Under the pieces are notes generated by a model. It was not told where the DNA came from, ran no database searches, and saw only the letters and a program-made list of their open reading frames with translations. A stretch of DNA of 64,000 nucleotides from Gammaproteobacteria bacterium (GTDB taxonomy: Bacteria; Pseudomonadota; Gammaproteobacteria; GCA-001735895). The stretch lies in contig JAUVCH010000001.1 of NCBI GenBank assembly GCA_030595795.1, positions 38,678 through 102,677 of the forward strand. Direction: 5' to 3'. Shown here in pieces: positions 45,610-55,284 of this stretch; position 1 is the stretch's first letter; each line of letters opens with the position of its first letter. The translations under genes and the position numbers were made by a program.

Positions 45610-46600
45610 ACCACTCGCAAGGGAAATAGGTGTCGGGATTTATGTAATTCATCAGCATGGATTCACAATCTTTGATCATGCTCTGTTCCTGTGACAGAGG
45701 GTAACTCATCATAGCATTATTGAGTTCCAGATTTTGCGCAAACAACGCTTCGTCAGGATAGAGTCGATGGATTTGACGAAAGTTATCTTTAGGCAACCTA
45801 AATGCGCCGAGACTGACCGAATGAATTCGATTCGGATCGATAGCCGAAAATATCTGTTCGAGTAACTGAGCGAACGACTGGGCGAAATTGTCATAATAAA
45901 CCAGTGGGTCGAAACGCAGGCCAACTGGCCAACCTGCCTCGCTCAGGGTCTTCATTGCCTCAATGCGTTTTGAAATCGATGGCACACCATGCTCCAGTTT
46001 TGCATGGCTGTGAGCATCGGTGAAACTAAAAGCGGTGACTACTCGCTCGCAAGGCTGTATTTTCAATAATTGCCGAACCTGCGTACTTTTGGTGCGTAGC
46101 TCCAGCCAGGCATTTTTAGTTCGTGCGATGAAAGGTACGAAATATTCGGCAAATCGAGTCACTGGTTCGTAAGCCAGGCTATCGCAGTCGTAACCGGAAA
46201 AGAACCAGACCGGGTCGGGGGCATGGAGCTCGACAGTCTCGGTGATACTGTCAGAAAAGTCTTCGTAATTGACGAAGATAACCTGATGCGCCGAAGGGTA
46301 CATGCCCTGCAGAAAACAATAGCGGCAGTCATACAGACAATTCAGCATGTGCGAGAAATAGTAATTGTGTTTTACGCCAAGACCGTAACCCTCTGGCGCA
46401 GCTAGAACACGGCGTTTATGCTTGCTAGATATGATCAGCGCCGGGTTGGATTTCTGCAGACGAAAGTTTTGCGCACGCGGATTGAATACTTCGCCGTGGT
46501 GTTCAATTTCTACCACAGGTACTTGTCGGTATCGGTCGAGTATTTTCTGGGCTCGGGGGTGGTCGCTAACCGCTGTCTCAATATAAATGCAGCTCACCAT
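45602..46600 (-). CDS. Spore photoproduct lyase (SplB)-like radical SAM protein
   Basis: NCLYDCRYCFLQ (CxxxCxxC followed by xLQ), ELRTKS, GLRFDP. Confidence 0.75.
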   Translation of the reverse strand: MVSCIYIETAVSDHPRAQKILDRYRQVPVVEIEHHGEVFNPRAQNFRLQKSNPALIISSKHKRRVLAAPEGYGLGVKHNYYFSHMLNCLYDCRYCFLQGMYPSAHQVIFVNYEDFSDSITETVELHAPDPVWFFSGYDCDSLAYEPVTRFAEYFVPFIARTKNAWLELRTKSTQVRQLLKIQPCERVVTAFSFTDAHSHAKLEHGVPSISKRIEAMKTLSEAGWPVGLRFDPLVYYDNFAQSFAQLLEQIFSAIDPNRIHSVSLGAFRLPKDNFRQIHRLYPDEALFAQNLELNNAMMSYPLSQEQSMIKDCESMLMNYINPDTYFPCEWYE

Positions 46601-46602
46601 GG

Positions 46603-47412
46603 CTATAAATTCCGGCTTTCGTCGAGGCGAATCTGGTTTAACTGTTTGAGTATATCTCGGCTCGATGATAACCCCGAAACCTGTCGGATCAGTGTTTCAG
46701 CATCAAAATCTCGGTTCAATAAAAATCCTAACACGGTTTTGAGCTGCGCCTGCTGTGTCATGCTAAATCGCGCTCGATCAAGAATCGAATGCCAGTCAGT
46801 ATCGCTAATTTTGAGATTTATGCTTTGCTGGTTAAGCATCTCTAATTTTTTTGCAAACTTGTCGATTGAATCTATGTGCTGGTTGATCTGGGCGCTGATG
46901 ACAGCTTTATCGAACCCCGGTTGCTGATCCTGATTGTCACTCACAATTTTTAGACAATGAATAAATTCTGCACTGCTAAAGCGGGTGGCTGTCGAGAAAA
47001 ATCCACTGGCTTCCATATCAAACAGAGTTTCCGGGTGATATTCGTTGCTGGCTTCGTCCAGTGTTGTGCAAGCGCTGGAATCAAAACCTGTGGTAAAGGT
47101 CGGCACTGGGAAATAGTGCTGTCGTGGCGATTCGCTGGTGATTTTGTGTATCCAGAATGCGCTGCCAATGTCCTGGATCGCGGCACCCGCGATGCCGAGG
47201 TTTATCCAGGCGATGGAGGTATAGCTTGGCAGGAGCGCCGCAACCCAGGCAGTTGCTGCGGCGGCCGATGTTTTGCCGATGCCACTGACCACAAGGCACA
47301 TGTCGTCGTTTTGGTACAGGTCGAAGCCTCGATGAGCAGGCGATTTTTTCAGGCGATAGAAATCGATGACTGGTTTCGCCTCGCAATGTAATGCTGTAAT
47401 CCAGATTAGCAT
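46603..47412 (-). CDS. Nucleoside phosphorylase / MTA-SAH nucleosidase-fold protein
   Basis: TALHCEA, SGIGK, INLGIAG, DMEASG, KIVSD. Confidence 0.75.
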   Translation of the reverse strand: MLIWITALHCEAKPVIDFYRLKKSPAHRGFDLYQNDDMCLVVSGIGKTSAAAATAWVAALLPSYTSIAWINLGIAGAAIQDIGSAFWIHKITSESPRQHYFPVPTFTTGFDSSACTTLDEASNEYHPETLFDMEASGFFSTATRFSSAEFIHCLKIVSDNQDQQPGFDKAVISAQINQHIDSIDKFAKKLEMLNQQSINLKISDTDWHSILDRARFSMTQQAQLKTVLGFLLNRDFDAETLIRQVSGLSSSRDILKQLNQIRLDESRNL

Positions 47413-47418
47413 GCCTTT

Positions 47419-48243
47419 TTAGGCCTGCTGGTAGTTTGCGAGTAGCGGTGAAAATTCATCGATAACGACTTGATTGGCGTGCTTGCGAGCGCCCTTGAGC
47501 AGGATATTTAATTTTTTCTCGAGCATTTTTCCAGCGGCCTGTCGGTTTTCTTTAGCCAGATTTGCGTTGTCTAACAGGTTTTGTAATGCACGGATGCGGA
47601 ATCGATCCATGCCCCAGTAGCGATTCGAGAGTTGATCGCTGTGGCCGCCATATTTGGTGATGAGTGGTCTATCGAGGTAGTAAACCGGATGTTGATGACA
47701 GACTCGCAGCCACAGGTCATAGTCTTCGCAGGCGGGTAATGTCTCGTCGAACAGGCCGGTAGTTTCGAGTAGATCGTGGCTTATCACTACTGCCGACGGG
47801 GAAACGACGCAAAGTGGCAAGCAATTCTGAAATATCCAGCCACCCGATTTCCCATGCTTGTTCATGGGATTGACACGAACGCCATTTCGTATCCAGATTT
47901 CATCCGAATGAAACAAAAGGTAGTCAGGATTTTTTTGCCGTGCCCGACGGATACTTTCGATCTTGTTGGGTAACCAGCTATCATCCGAATCGAGTAGCGC
48001 TATCCAACGATACTGAGCCTGCTTAATACCATTATTCCTGGCTGTGCTAACCCCCTGGTTGTCCTGAAAGATAAATTTTACCTGAGGGAAGTTCTCTCGT
48101 ATTTGAATTTCAGTGCCATCATCGGAACCATCATCTACGACGATAATTTCGTCTACCGGTGATGTCTGCCCGATGACAGAGTCGATTGCTCGAATAAGCG
48201 TCGGCAGGCGATTAAAAGTCGGGATGACAACCGATATTTGCAT
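47419..48243 (-). CDS. Glycosyltransferase family 2
   Basis: ISVVIPTFNR, VVDDGSDD, ARNNGI, LDSDD, EDYDLWLR. Confidence 0.9.
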   Translation of the reverse strand: MQISVVIPTFNRLPTLIRAIDSVIGQTSPVDEIIVVDDGSDDGTEIQIRENFPQVKFIFQDNQGVSTARNNGIKQAQYRWIALLDSDDSWLPNKIESIRRARQKNPDYLLFHSDEIWIRNGVRVNPMNKHGKSGGWIFQNCLPLCVVSPSAVVISHDLLETTGLFDETLPACEDYDLWLRVCHQHPVYYLDRPLITKYGGHSDQLSNRYWGMDRFRIRALQNLLDNANLAKENRQAAGKMLEKKLNILLKGARKHANQVVIDEFSPLLANYQQA

Positions 48244-48251
48244 ACCGGTGG

Positions 48252-48581
48252 TTAATTATGTGGCGCGATGGTTGATCCAGGAAAGCTGGTGACGGTACTT
48301 CCTTCGGAGTCTAGAATGCGATTCTTTCCGCTTTGTACGACCTCGTCGATGCGGATAATCGAGTGGTGCGGAATATAAGTATGTTTAACATTAGCAAACT
48401 CGGTTTTGAGCTTTTCCTCGGCCGGGTCTATCAATAGCTTCGACTGCTCACCGAATATAATTTTGCCTATTTCGATAAAACCGGCCATTTGCGACTGGCT
48501 GACTTCATGCGCGTAAAGCTCATAAATTCGATTATTGTTATGAAACTGAATGCGGAAGGTGTTTTTGTCAGATTTAGTCAT
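48252..48581 (-). CDS. DUF1820 family protein
   Basis: YELYA, GFIE, DPAEEKLKTEF, IPHHSIIRIDEV. Confidence 0.8.
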   Translation of the reverse strand: MTKSDKNTFRIQFHNNNRIYELYAHEVSQSQMAGFIEIGKIIFGEQSKLLIDPAEEKLKTEFANVKHTYIPHHSIIRIDEVVQSGKNRILDSEGSTVTSFPGSTIAPHN

Positions 48582-48592
48582 TTTAAGGTGAT

Positions 48593-48853
48593 CTATTCTG
48601 ACGGCATGAGGTGATCGAGATCACCATCCATGTGTAACTCGGTGAGTTCGGTAAACCCGCCGATGAGTTTACCATCAATTATGATTTGGGGCACAGTACG
48701 AGCGCCCTGAGTGACTTCAGCAAATTCGCGCATGGCTTCGTTATCCCGGTCGATGGCAACTTCGCCATATTCGATATTCCATTTTTGCAGCATGCTTTTT
48801 GCTCTGTCGCAAAACGCGCAGTTTGCGGCACTGTAGATGGTTACTCTGGGCAT
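48593..48853 (-). CDS. Dithiol glutaredoxin (GrxC-like)
   Basis: CAFC, RTVPQI, IGGF. Confidence 0.9.
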   Translation of the reverse strand: MPRVTIYSAANCAFCDRAKSMLQKWNIEYGEVAIDRDNEAMREFAEVTQGARTVPQIIIDGKLIGGFTELTELHMDGDLDHLMPSE

Positions 48854-48946
48854 AATAGATTCATCGTTGAAGGGATGGGGATTTTACAACGAAACTTCCC
48901 GTCTTTGCTATAATTTCGATGGCTATTAGTCTTTCCAGCGATCCAG

Positions 48947-51307
48947 TTATCGCAAGGTTTTGATGGCCAGTAGCGCCTGGTTACGCAATGTCTTCAATAA
49001 GCCAAGCTGATTATCAGTTATCGAAATCGACTCGCCCTGCGCATTATCAATGTATATGAGTGCGATTGGAGAGTGATTAATATTGATCGGGAATATGGTA
49101 AAGCTCTTTGCGCCGATATTCTGGTGGTACCAGTTTGGAATCCTTTTTTTGATATTTTCATCCCGGGTATCTTCGATTCGGATGTCCTGATTATTTTTGA
49201 ATGCGATATGAAAAACATCGGCCTGGTACGCCAGTGGAATCGTTAAATTTTTGACGACTTGATCGATATTCTCGCCATAACCAAAGCGTGCTCGAATCGA
49301 GTTACTCGGTTTATCCTTCATACAAAGCACCACTCGTGACCCGGAGAGTGCTCGATAAATGGTTTCCAGAATCATCTGGAAAACCTGATTTAGATTAAAA
49401 TCACCCGTTAAAGTGTTAGTGATATCCTGAATACCGTCGGTCAGCGCCTTCTCTGCGGTCCGATCAAAAGACTCGGTGTCCTCTTTGAGTATTTTGATAT
49501 TTGCGTCGGCGTTTAGCTCGCTATTGGTGACGTCGGCCAGTGAATTTTCATCGTGAGACGACTCTAAACTCTGGTAGTAAGCGCTGTCTTTCAAATTAAA
49601 CTGTATCAGACGAGAAAACTCGACCAGTTCTTTTAGGCAGTTATTGAGAATCGAATCGATTTTCTTGTCATCAAGCTTAAGTACTCTCGAATAACTGGCG
49701 CATAAGCTCTTAATCGCTGCAGATTGTTGATTGGCGGGCAGTTTAAGCAGAGCACCGAGTGCGTTGCTGAATTGAGATATAATCTGGAGGTTCGCCGAAC
49801 TGGTTGACGGATTGTTGAGAGTCGATAAGTCGAGCGGCTCCATGCTGTCTACTATCTGTTCTGGAAAGCCCCATTCGCGCGCTACGGAAATGCCGAGTTT
49901 ATGATAGCTGATACCTAAAACCCTGGCAGCGGCACTGGCTTCGGTTAGTCCTTCCTGAGAGACAAATTTGTCGATCGCCTGACTCTCGTCGTGCAGGTAA
50001 AAGCGTACCAGGGTTTTTCCTAAATTCTGCAACAAGGCGCAAAGAAATGCTTCTTCGTGGTCCTCCCTGGATAGCGACCTGGAAAGCTCGTTAGCGATTA
50101 GCGCGCTGAACAGTGACTCCACTGCATTTTCTTTTAACTGGTTCGATTGCTGTTTATTTTGCATATGCTCAAACAGCATTAGCGCTGCTGCGATACTGCG
50201 CACCGGATTTATTCCGAGCATAACCACGGCACGGGAGATGGTGCTAATCTTACCCCCGCCACGGTTGTAATAGGCAGAATTGACCAGTCTCAAAACTTTG
50301 TTGGTCAGGGAGTAATCCTTCAGAATAGCGTTGGAGACACTGGTCATGCTCTCGGTATCGCTGGAGCTGACTTTGTTGAGTACGCTAATGGTCTGCGAGA
50401 ATACCGGGAAGTCGCTTTTGTGTCGCATGCGACGTAATAAAAAGCTCACCGTTGAATCGTGATTGTCGCTACTGGCTTCCTGGTCATTGAGCGAAAGATA
50501 GTCGTTAAATGCCTGGAGCATGACCCCGGCATCAGCATATCGTTGCTGCGGGTCTTTGGTCAGTGATTTCAGAATTAAGTCGTCCAGCCTTTCGTCGATG
50601 ACCTTATTGATTTTAGAAGGGGCTTCGATTTCCCCATTACTAATGCTATTCAGGATTTGATAGATATCGTCACCATCGATGGCGGATTTTCCTGTGAGCA
50701 TTTCGTGAAATACCAGGCCGAGAGAAAAGACATCAGAAACAATTTGATGTTGACGAGTCTCTATGTACTCGGGTGCCATATATAAAGGTGTGCCCGATAA
50801 ACTGGTATCTTCATACTGAACCGATTCAGAGAAATGTGCCAGGCCGAAGTCAGCTACCTTGGCGTTGCCTGCAGCATTGATCAGAATATTGGCTGGTTTT
50901 ATGTCACCGTGAGCTATTTTCTTGGCGTGTGCCGCCGCAACGCCAGATAACATATCGCGCATAATTCGTAGCGCTTCCTCGGTGCTTAAACCATCCCGAA
51001 TTTTGTCCTGTAACGAGGTTCCTTCGATGTACTCCAGCACCAGATAGGGTCGGTTTTCGGCAATGCCCATATCGTAAACAGTGACTATATTATTGTGCTG
51101 TAGGCGACTTACCATGCGCGCTTCAGACAGTAATTGATCGAGGTTGGCCTGTTGTTGTAGCTCGCTACTGAGGTGGACTGCCTTAATCGCGACCTGCCGA
51201 TGTAGATCGGTATCGGTAGCCAGATAGACAACGCCCTGTTTGCCACGACCAAGTTCGCGATCAACGATAAATCGATCAATAGTATTAGGGGTCGCAGATT
51301 TGGCCAC
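48947..51307 (-). CDS. Hanks-type Ser/Thr kinase with HDOD and C-terminal GAF-like domains
   Basis: LGRGKQGVVY, VAIK, HGDIKPANIL, DFG, GTPLYMAPE; HDOD motifs ILKDYSLTNKVLRLVNSAYY, ISTISRAVVMLG, WGFP. Confidence 0.85.
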   Translation of the reverse strand: MAKSATPNTIDRFIVDRELGRGKQGVVYLATDTDLHRQVAIKAVHLSSELQQQANLDQLLSEARMVSRLQHNNIVTVYDMGIAENRPYLVLEYIEGTSLQDKIRDGLSTEEALRIMRDMLSGVAAAHAKKIAHGDIKPANILINAAGNAKVADFGLAHFSESVQYEDTSLSGTPLYMAPEYIETRQHQIVSDVFSLGLVFHEMLTGKSAIDGDDIYQILNSISNGEIEAPSKINKVIDERLDDLILKSLTKDPQQRYADAGVMLQAFNDYLSLNDQEASSDNHDSTVSFLLRRMRHKSDFPVFSQTISVLNKVSSSDTESMTSVSNAILKDYSLTNKVLRLVNSAYYNRGGGKISTISRAVVMLGINPVRSIAAALMLFEHMQNKQQSNQLKENAVESLFSALIANELSRSLSREDHEEAFLCALLQNLGKTLVRFYLHDESQAIDKFVSQEGLTEASAAARVLGISYHKLGISVAREWGFPEQIVDSMEPLDLSTLNNPSTSSANLQIISQFSNALGALLKLPANQQSAAIKSLCASYSRVLKLDDKKIDSILNNCLKELVEFSRLIQFNLKDSAYYQSLESSHDENSLADVTNSELNADANIKILKEDTESFDRTAEKALTDGIQDITNTLTGDFNLNQVFQMILETIYRALSGSRVVLCMKDKPSNSIRARFGYGENIDQVVKNLTIPLAYQADVFHIAFKNNQDIRIEDTRDENIKKRIPNWYHQNIGAKSFTIFPININHSPIALIYIDNAQGESISITDNQLGLLKTLRNQALLAIKTLR

Positions 51308-51458
51308 AGGAAAATTACCGCTGTTATCTTATTGGCATAAGTATAGTTGGCGATTGCTGGCTTGCTGGAAATGTTTATGTCAAGCTATCGAATCTTTTCT
51401 GACTGCCGGAGTCGGCGTTGATTTCGATGGCAGAGCAATAAACCACAGGAGATTAGCG

Positions 51459-51743
51459 ATGGCCGCTTACTGGATTGCCCATGTTACCGTCAACGACGCA
51501 GACGCCTATGGCGAATATGCCAAACGCGCTACCGGCGCTATTGAAGCCCACGGTGGCGAATTTCTCGCACGTGCGACGCGTACAGTCTGGCTCGAAGGTA
51601 ATGAGCGAACTCGCAATGTAGTGGTACGTTTTCCCAGTGTCGAAGATGCCGAACGCTGTTACCAATCGACTGCCTATCAGGAAGCTTTGGTCTTCGCGAA
51701 GAGCGCTGCGGTGCGTGACCTTTGTATTGTCGAAGGTAGTTAA
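51459..51743 (+). CDS. DUF1330 family protein
   Basis: AGGAG RBS; MAAYWIA, HGGEFLAR, RNVVVRFPS, YQEA, IVEG. Confidence 0.85.
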   Translation: MAAYWIAHVTVNDADAYGEYAKRATGAIEAHGGEFLARATRTVWLEGNERTRNVVVRFPSVEDAERCYQSTAYQEALVFAKSAAVRDLCIVEGS

Positions 51744-51779
51744 AGCAACGGGAAAATCTCCGCTGATGTTAACTGCAGA

Positions 51780-52538
51780 TTAGTTAGGCTTACTGGTCGG
51801 TCGGTTTTCGGCCATCCACGAAACAATTCCGTCCTTAACATTGAGCACCTTCTTATAGCCACCTTTGGTCGCTAGCCAGTTAGATAGATTGGAGGTTCGA
51901 TTACCAGTGCGACAAATAATGGCAAACTCTTCATCGGGCTGGACGGTTTTTTTCAGCATTGCCAGGAATGACTGCTGAAATTGTCCCTGGCCATTGAATG
52001 CGGTTGATTTGATGCTGCCTTCGACAATGCCTGTTTGTTGCCATTCTTCCGCTCGGCGAATGTCGATGAGTTTGATGCCTTTTTCCATTTTTGTGACGAG
52101 CTGCGCATTGTCGATATTGGTAAACGGTGGTGGTGTGACTGAGATCAGTTCGACATCAAAAATTAAAGTGGCATTCGATGGGATAGCGCCACCAGCGCCT
52201 TGTTGCCCATAAGCCAGGTCTGGCGGAATGGTTAACACTCGCTTGCCGCCGGGCTTCATGCCCTTAATACCCATATCCCATCCAGGAATCACCTGCCCGG
52301 CACCCAGGGTGAATTGAAACGGCTTGTTGCGCTCTATACTCGAATCGAAAACAGTACCGTCTTCGAGTTTACCGGTGTAGTGAACATTGACGACTGAGAA
52401 TAATGAGGCTGAATCACCCTGCCCGATTTTCATTTCCTGTATCGTAACTTCTGACGTGGGGCTGTGGCCTGCCTGGGCGACTTGCATGAACAGGCCCAGA
52501 CAGAGGGCTGATAAAAAAATTTTAGCTTTAGAAAACAT
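51780..52538 (-). CDS. Exported FKBP-type PPIase fused to a rhodanese domain
   Basis: Signal peptide; [37 protein letters not shown]; then LIDIR...EW...ICRTGNRT...GIVSW. Confidence 0.85.
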   Translation of the reverse strand: MFSKAKIFLSALCLGLFMQVAQAGHSPTSEVTIQEMKIGQGDSASLFSVVNVHYTGKLEDGTVFDSSIERNKPFQFTLGAGQVIPGWDMGIKGMKPGGKRVLTIPPDLAYGQQGAGGAIPSNATLIFDVELISVTPPPFTNIDNAQLVTKMEKGIKLIDIRRAEEWQQTGIVEGSIKSTAFNGQGQFQQSFLAMLKKTVQPDEEFAIICRTGNRTSNLSNWLATKGGYKKVLNVKDGIVSWMAENRPTSKPN

Positions 52539-52585
52539 GGGTAACTCCAAATGAAAATTAATTTAGCGTAGCAGTAGTACTGGCG

Positions 52586-52900
52586 TCACTTCCTATCCTG
52601 AATCAAGACCCAGGGCTTCACCACCACGGCCCAGACCGATTTATCTTGTTCGATCCAGCGTTTGGCCTGTTCGGTGGACACGGCTAGCACCTCTTCGCTA
52701 TCAAGCCATTGTCGAACCTGTTTGCTGTCATCTTGATGAAAGTTGAAGGCAACTTCAACAAGATCGAGACTGGTATCGACATAAAAGCTTCTGCCCGAGG
52801 CAAAGAAGCGCTGTAATTCTTTCCAGGGAATTTGCGCAGTTTCGCTATTAATTTTTGCCCGCACTAGCTGTGGGTCGGCTTCGTCTATTTTGTCGGTCAT
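52586..52900 (-). CDS. DUF2288 family protein
   Basis: ETAQIPWKELQRFFASG, LDLVEVA, WAVVVKPWVLIQ. Confidence 0.85.
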   Translation of the reverse strand: MTDKIDEADPQLVRAKINSETAQIPWKELQRFFASGRSFYVDTSLDLVEVAFNFHQDDSKQVRQWLDSEEVLAVSTEQAKRWIEQDKSVWAVVVKPWVLIQDRK

Positions 52901-52907
52901 TGGTGAT

Positions 52908-53828
52908 TTAGTGAATAATTTCGACACCATTTAAGGGTGTCTCCTGTATGGTGTCGCGGATAGTCTCTATGGCTTTCTTGCGCGGGAAGTGTTTGCGCCA
53001 GGCGATAGCCACGGTTCGGCTTGGTGAAGGCGATTTGAAAGGCTTGATATCGATCAGGTTTTCGTGCTGCTGGCTGCGCAATACGCTGGTTCGTGGTAAT
53101 ACGGTAATGCCGGTGCCGGCTGCGACCATGTGGCGAATGGTTTCCAGTGACCCGCCTTCGAATGTCCGAGTTAATTCGCTGTTGCCCGACAAGCAGTTCG
53201 GGCAGGCGGCAACGACCTGGTCTCTAAAACAATGACCGGAGCCCAATAGCATCAAATCTTGCTGCGAGAGGTCTTCGGTAGGGATTTCGTCGCGGTTTTT
53301 CCATTCGTGTTGTTTTGGCAATGCCACGATAAATGGCTCTTCGTAAAGAGGTGCAGTTTCGATGCCGGGCTCCTCAAAGGGGTAGGAGATAATGATCGCA
53401 TCCAACGAGCCCTGTTTTAACGATTGCAGTAAATTCGCAGTAAAATTTTCTTCGATAATAAGCCTTAGTTTTGTCGCTGTTTTGGTCAGCCGAGGTATTA
53501 AGTCGGGCAGTAAATAAGGGCCGATGGTATAGATCACGCCGAGTCTGAACTGCCCTGAAAGTGGGTCTTTCCCCTGTTTTGCTATTTCAGTGAGTATTTG
53601 TGCTTCCTGTAATACCACAAAAGCCTGATCGATGATTTGTTGCCCGATCTCGGTAATTCGGATTTCGTTTTTCGAACTGCGCTCGAAGAGTCGTACGTCG
53701 AGCTCTTCTTCGAGTTTCTTAATCGCAATGCTGAGCGTGGGCTGGCTGACGAAACAGGCCTGCGCGGCACGACCGAAGTGGTTCTTTTGCGAGACAGCAA
53801 CGACGTAGCGTAACTCGGTGAGGGTCAT
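52908..53828 (-). CDS. oxyR: Hydrogen peroxide-sensing LysR regulator OxyR
   Basis: MTLTELRY, CFVSQPTLS, GHCFRDQVVAAC (both redox Cys), SLETIRHMV. Confidence 0.9.
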   Translation of the reverse strand: MTLTELRYVVAVSQKNHFGRAAQACFVSQPTLSIAIKKLEEELDVRLFERSSKNEIRITEIGQQIIDQAFVVLQEAQILTEIAKQGKDPLSGQFRLGVIYTIGPYLLPDLIPRLTKTATKLRLIIEENFTANLLQSLKQGSLDAIIISYPFEEPGIETAPLYEEPFIVALPKQHEWKNRDEIPTEDLSQQDLMLLGSGHCFRDQVVAACPNCLSGNSELTRTFEGGSLETIRHMVAAGTGITVLPRTSVLRSQQHENLIDIKPFKSPSPSRTVAIAWRKHFPRKKAIETIRDTIQETPLNGVEIIH

Positions 53829-53832
53829 CAGT

Positions 53833-54438
53833 TTAAAAACTTCCCAGATAGACAATGGGTGGGATTATTAGCATTTTTAAAACCATGATGCCCAGGGTGG
53901 CAAACAGTGGCGTCAAATCAAGTCCGCCCAGAGGTGGTATGAGTTTCTGGAAGGGTCGCAATGCGGGTCTCGCGATAGATTGCACCAGTCCGATCACCGG
54001 ATTGTATTGGCCGGGGCTAATCCAGCTTAAAATAACCTGGATAATAATCGCGATTAAAAAAATGGTCAGAGTCAGTGAAATCAAATCGGCGATAGCGTAT
54101 ATCAGTAAACCAACATAGCTCACAGAGCCGATTGCGGCAGTGGCGTTGCCGATGGGTACGGCGGGAATGTCGAGCGTTCGCAAAATAATAAACTTGATGT
54201 AAATCAACGCCAGACATAAAACGATAGCGGCGGTATCCTGGCCGGACATACTGGGGATAAAGCGCCTGAGCATGCGTAGCGGTGGCGTACTGGCTTTGAT
54301 GATGAACTGCGAAACCGGGTTATAAAAATCGGCGCGGAAGGCCTGTAGCAAAAAGCGTAATAACACCAGAAAAATATACAGATCAAACAGCGTATTGATG
54401 ATAAGCATAAGTGGTGAAGTTAAGTAGTTAGAACCCAT
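53833..54438 (-). CDS. yggT: YggT family membrane protein
   Basis: RADFYNPVSQF, ILSWI, IPPLGGLDLTP. Confidence 0.9.
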   Translation of the reverse strand: MGSNYLTSPLMLIINTLFDLYIFLVLLRFLLQAFRADFYNPVSQFIIKASTPPLRMLRRFIPSMSGQDTAAIVLCLALIYIKFIILRTLDIPAVPIGNATAAIGSVSYVGLLIYAIADLISLTLTIFLIAIIIQVILSWISPGQYNPVIGLVQSIARPALRPFQKLIPPLGGLDLTPLFATLGIMVLKMLIIPPIVYLGSF

Positions 54439-54462
54439 ATCTGATCCGAAAGTGGTTAAGTT

Positions 54463-55284
54463 TTATGGTTGATTGGCCAATTCTCTGGCGAGTTCGGCAG
54501 AGCGGTCAAATGCTGCTTTGGTGGCGTCCTTCATCAGTGTATCCAGGTGATTCTTCTGGAAAGATAAAATCGCCTGTTCGGTGGTTCCTTTTTTTGAAGT
54601 CACTCTGGCGCGCAGCTCGCTGGCATCGTCTGACTGGGCCATTGTTGTGGCACCGAGAGCGGTTTGGCGCGCGAGTGCCAGCGCGGTTTTGCTATCGAGG
54701 CCGAGTTCGATGCCAGCCTGCTGCAATAATTCAATAAAATAAAAGAAATAAGCCGGGCCGCTGCCGGAGATCGCGGTGACGGCGTCGAGCGCGGTCTCTT
54801 CTTCTACCCAAACCGTTATGCCAACCGCATCGAGTATCGACTGGGCTGTTCGTTTTTGTGTGCCACTCACCTGCGAGTTTGCATATAAACCGGTGGCGCC
54901 AAGCTGTATTAGCGATGGCGTGTTCGGCATGCAGCGAACCACTGCACGCGATCCGCCCAGCCATCGATTAATATCGGCTTCGCGCACTCCGGCGGCGATG
55001 CTAATGAATAGCTGTGTACTCTGGTTTTCGAGTGCCGCTAGTTGTTCGCAGACTACCTGCATGACCTGTGGTTTAACCGCGAGCATGACGATGTCGGCCT
55101 CGGCTGCCGAGGCGATATTATCGTTCGATGTGTTGACTGAAAAATCAGTGGCCAGCTTGTCTAATTGTTCGATATTGATATCACAGGCGGTGATTTGTCC
55201 TGCGTCGAAATCATTGGCGATGAGTCCACCGATTAAACTGGTGGCCATGTTGCCACCGCCGATAAAGCATAATTTTTGATTCAA
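54463..55284 (-). CDS. proC: Pyrroline-5-carboxylate reductase
   Basis: FIGGGNMA, LAVKPQ, RCMPNTP, SGSGPAY, VTSKKGTT. Confidence 0.95.
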   Translation of the reverse strand: MNQKLCFIGGGNMATSLIGGLIANDFDAGQITACDINIEQLDKLATDFSVNTSNDNIASAAEADIVMLAVKPQVMQVVCEQLAALENQSTQLFISIAAGVREADINRWLGGSRAVVRCMPNTPSLIQLGATGLYANSQVSGTQKRTAQSILDAVGITVWVEEETALDAVTAISGSGPAYFFYFIELLQQAGIELGLDSKTALALARQTALGATTMAQSDDASELRARVTSKKGTTEQAILSFQKNHLDTLMKDATKAAFDRSAELARELANQP

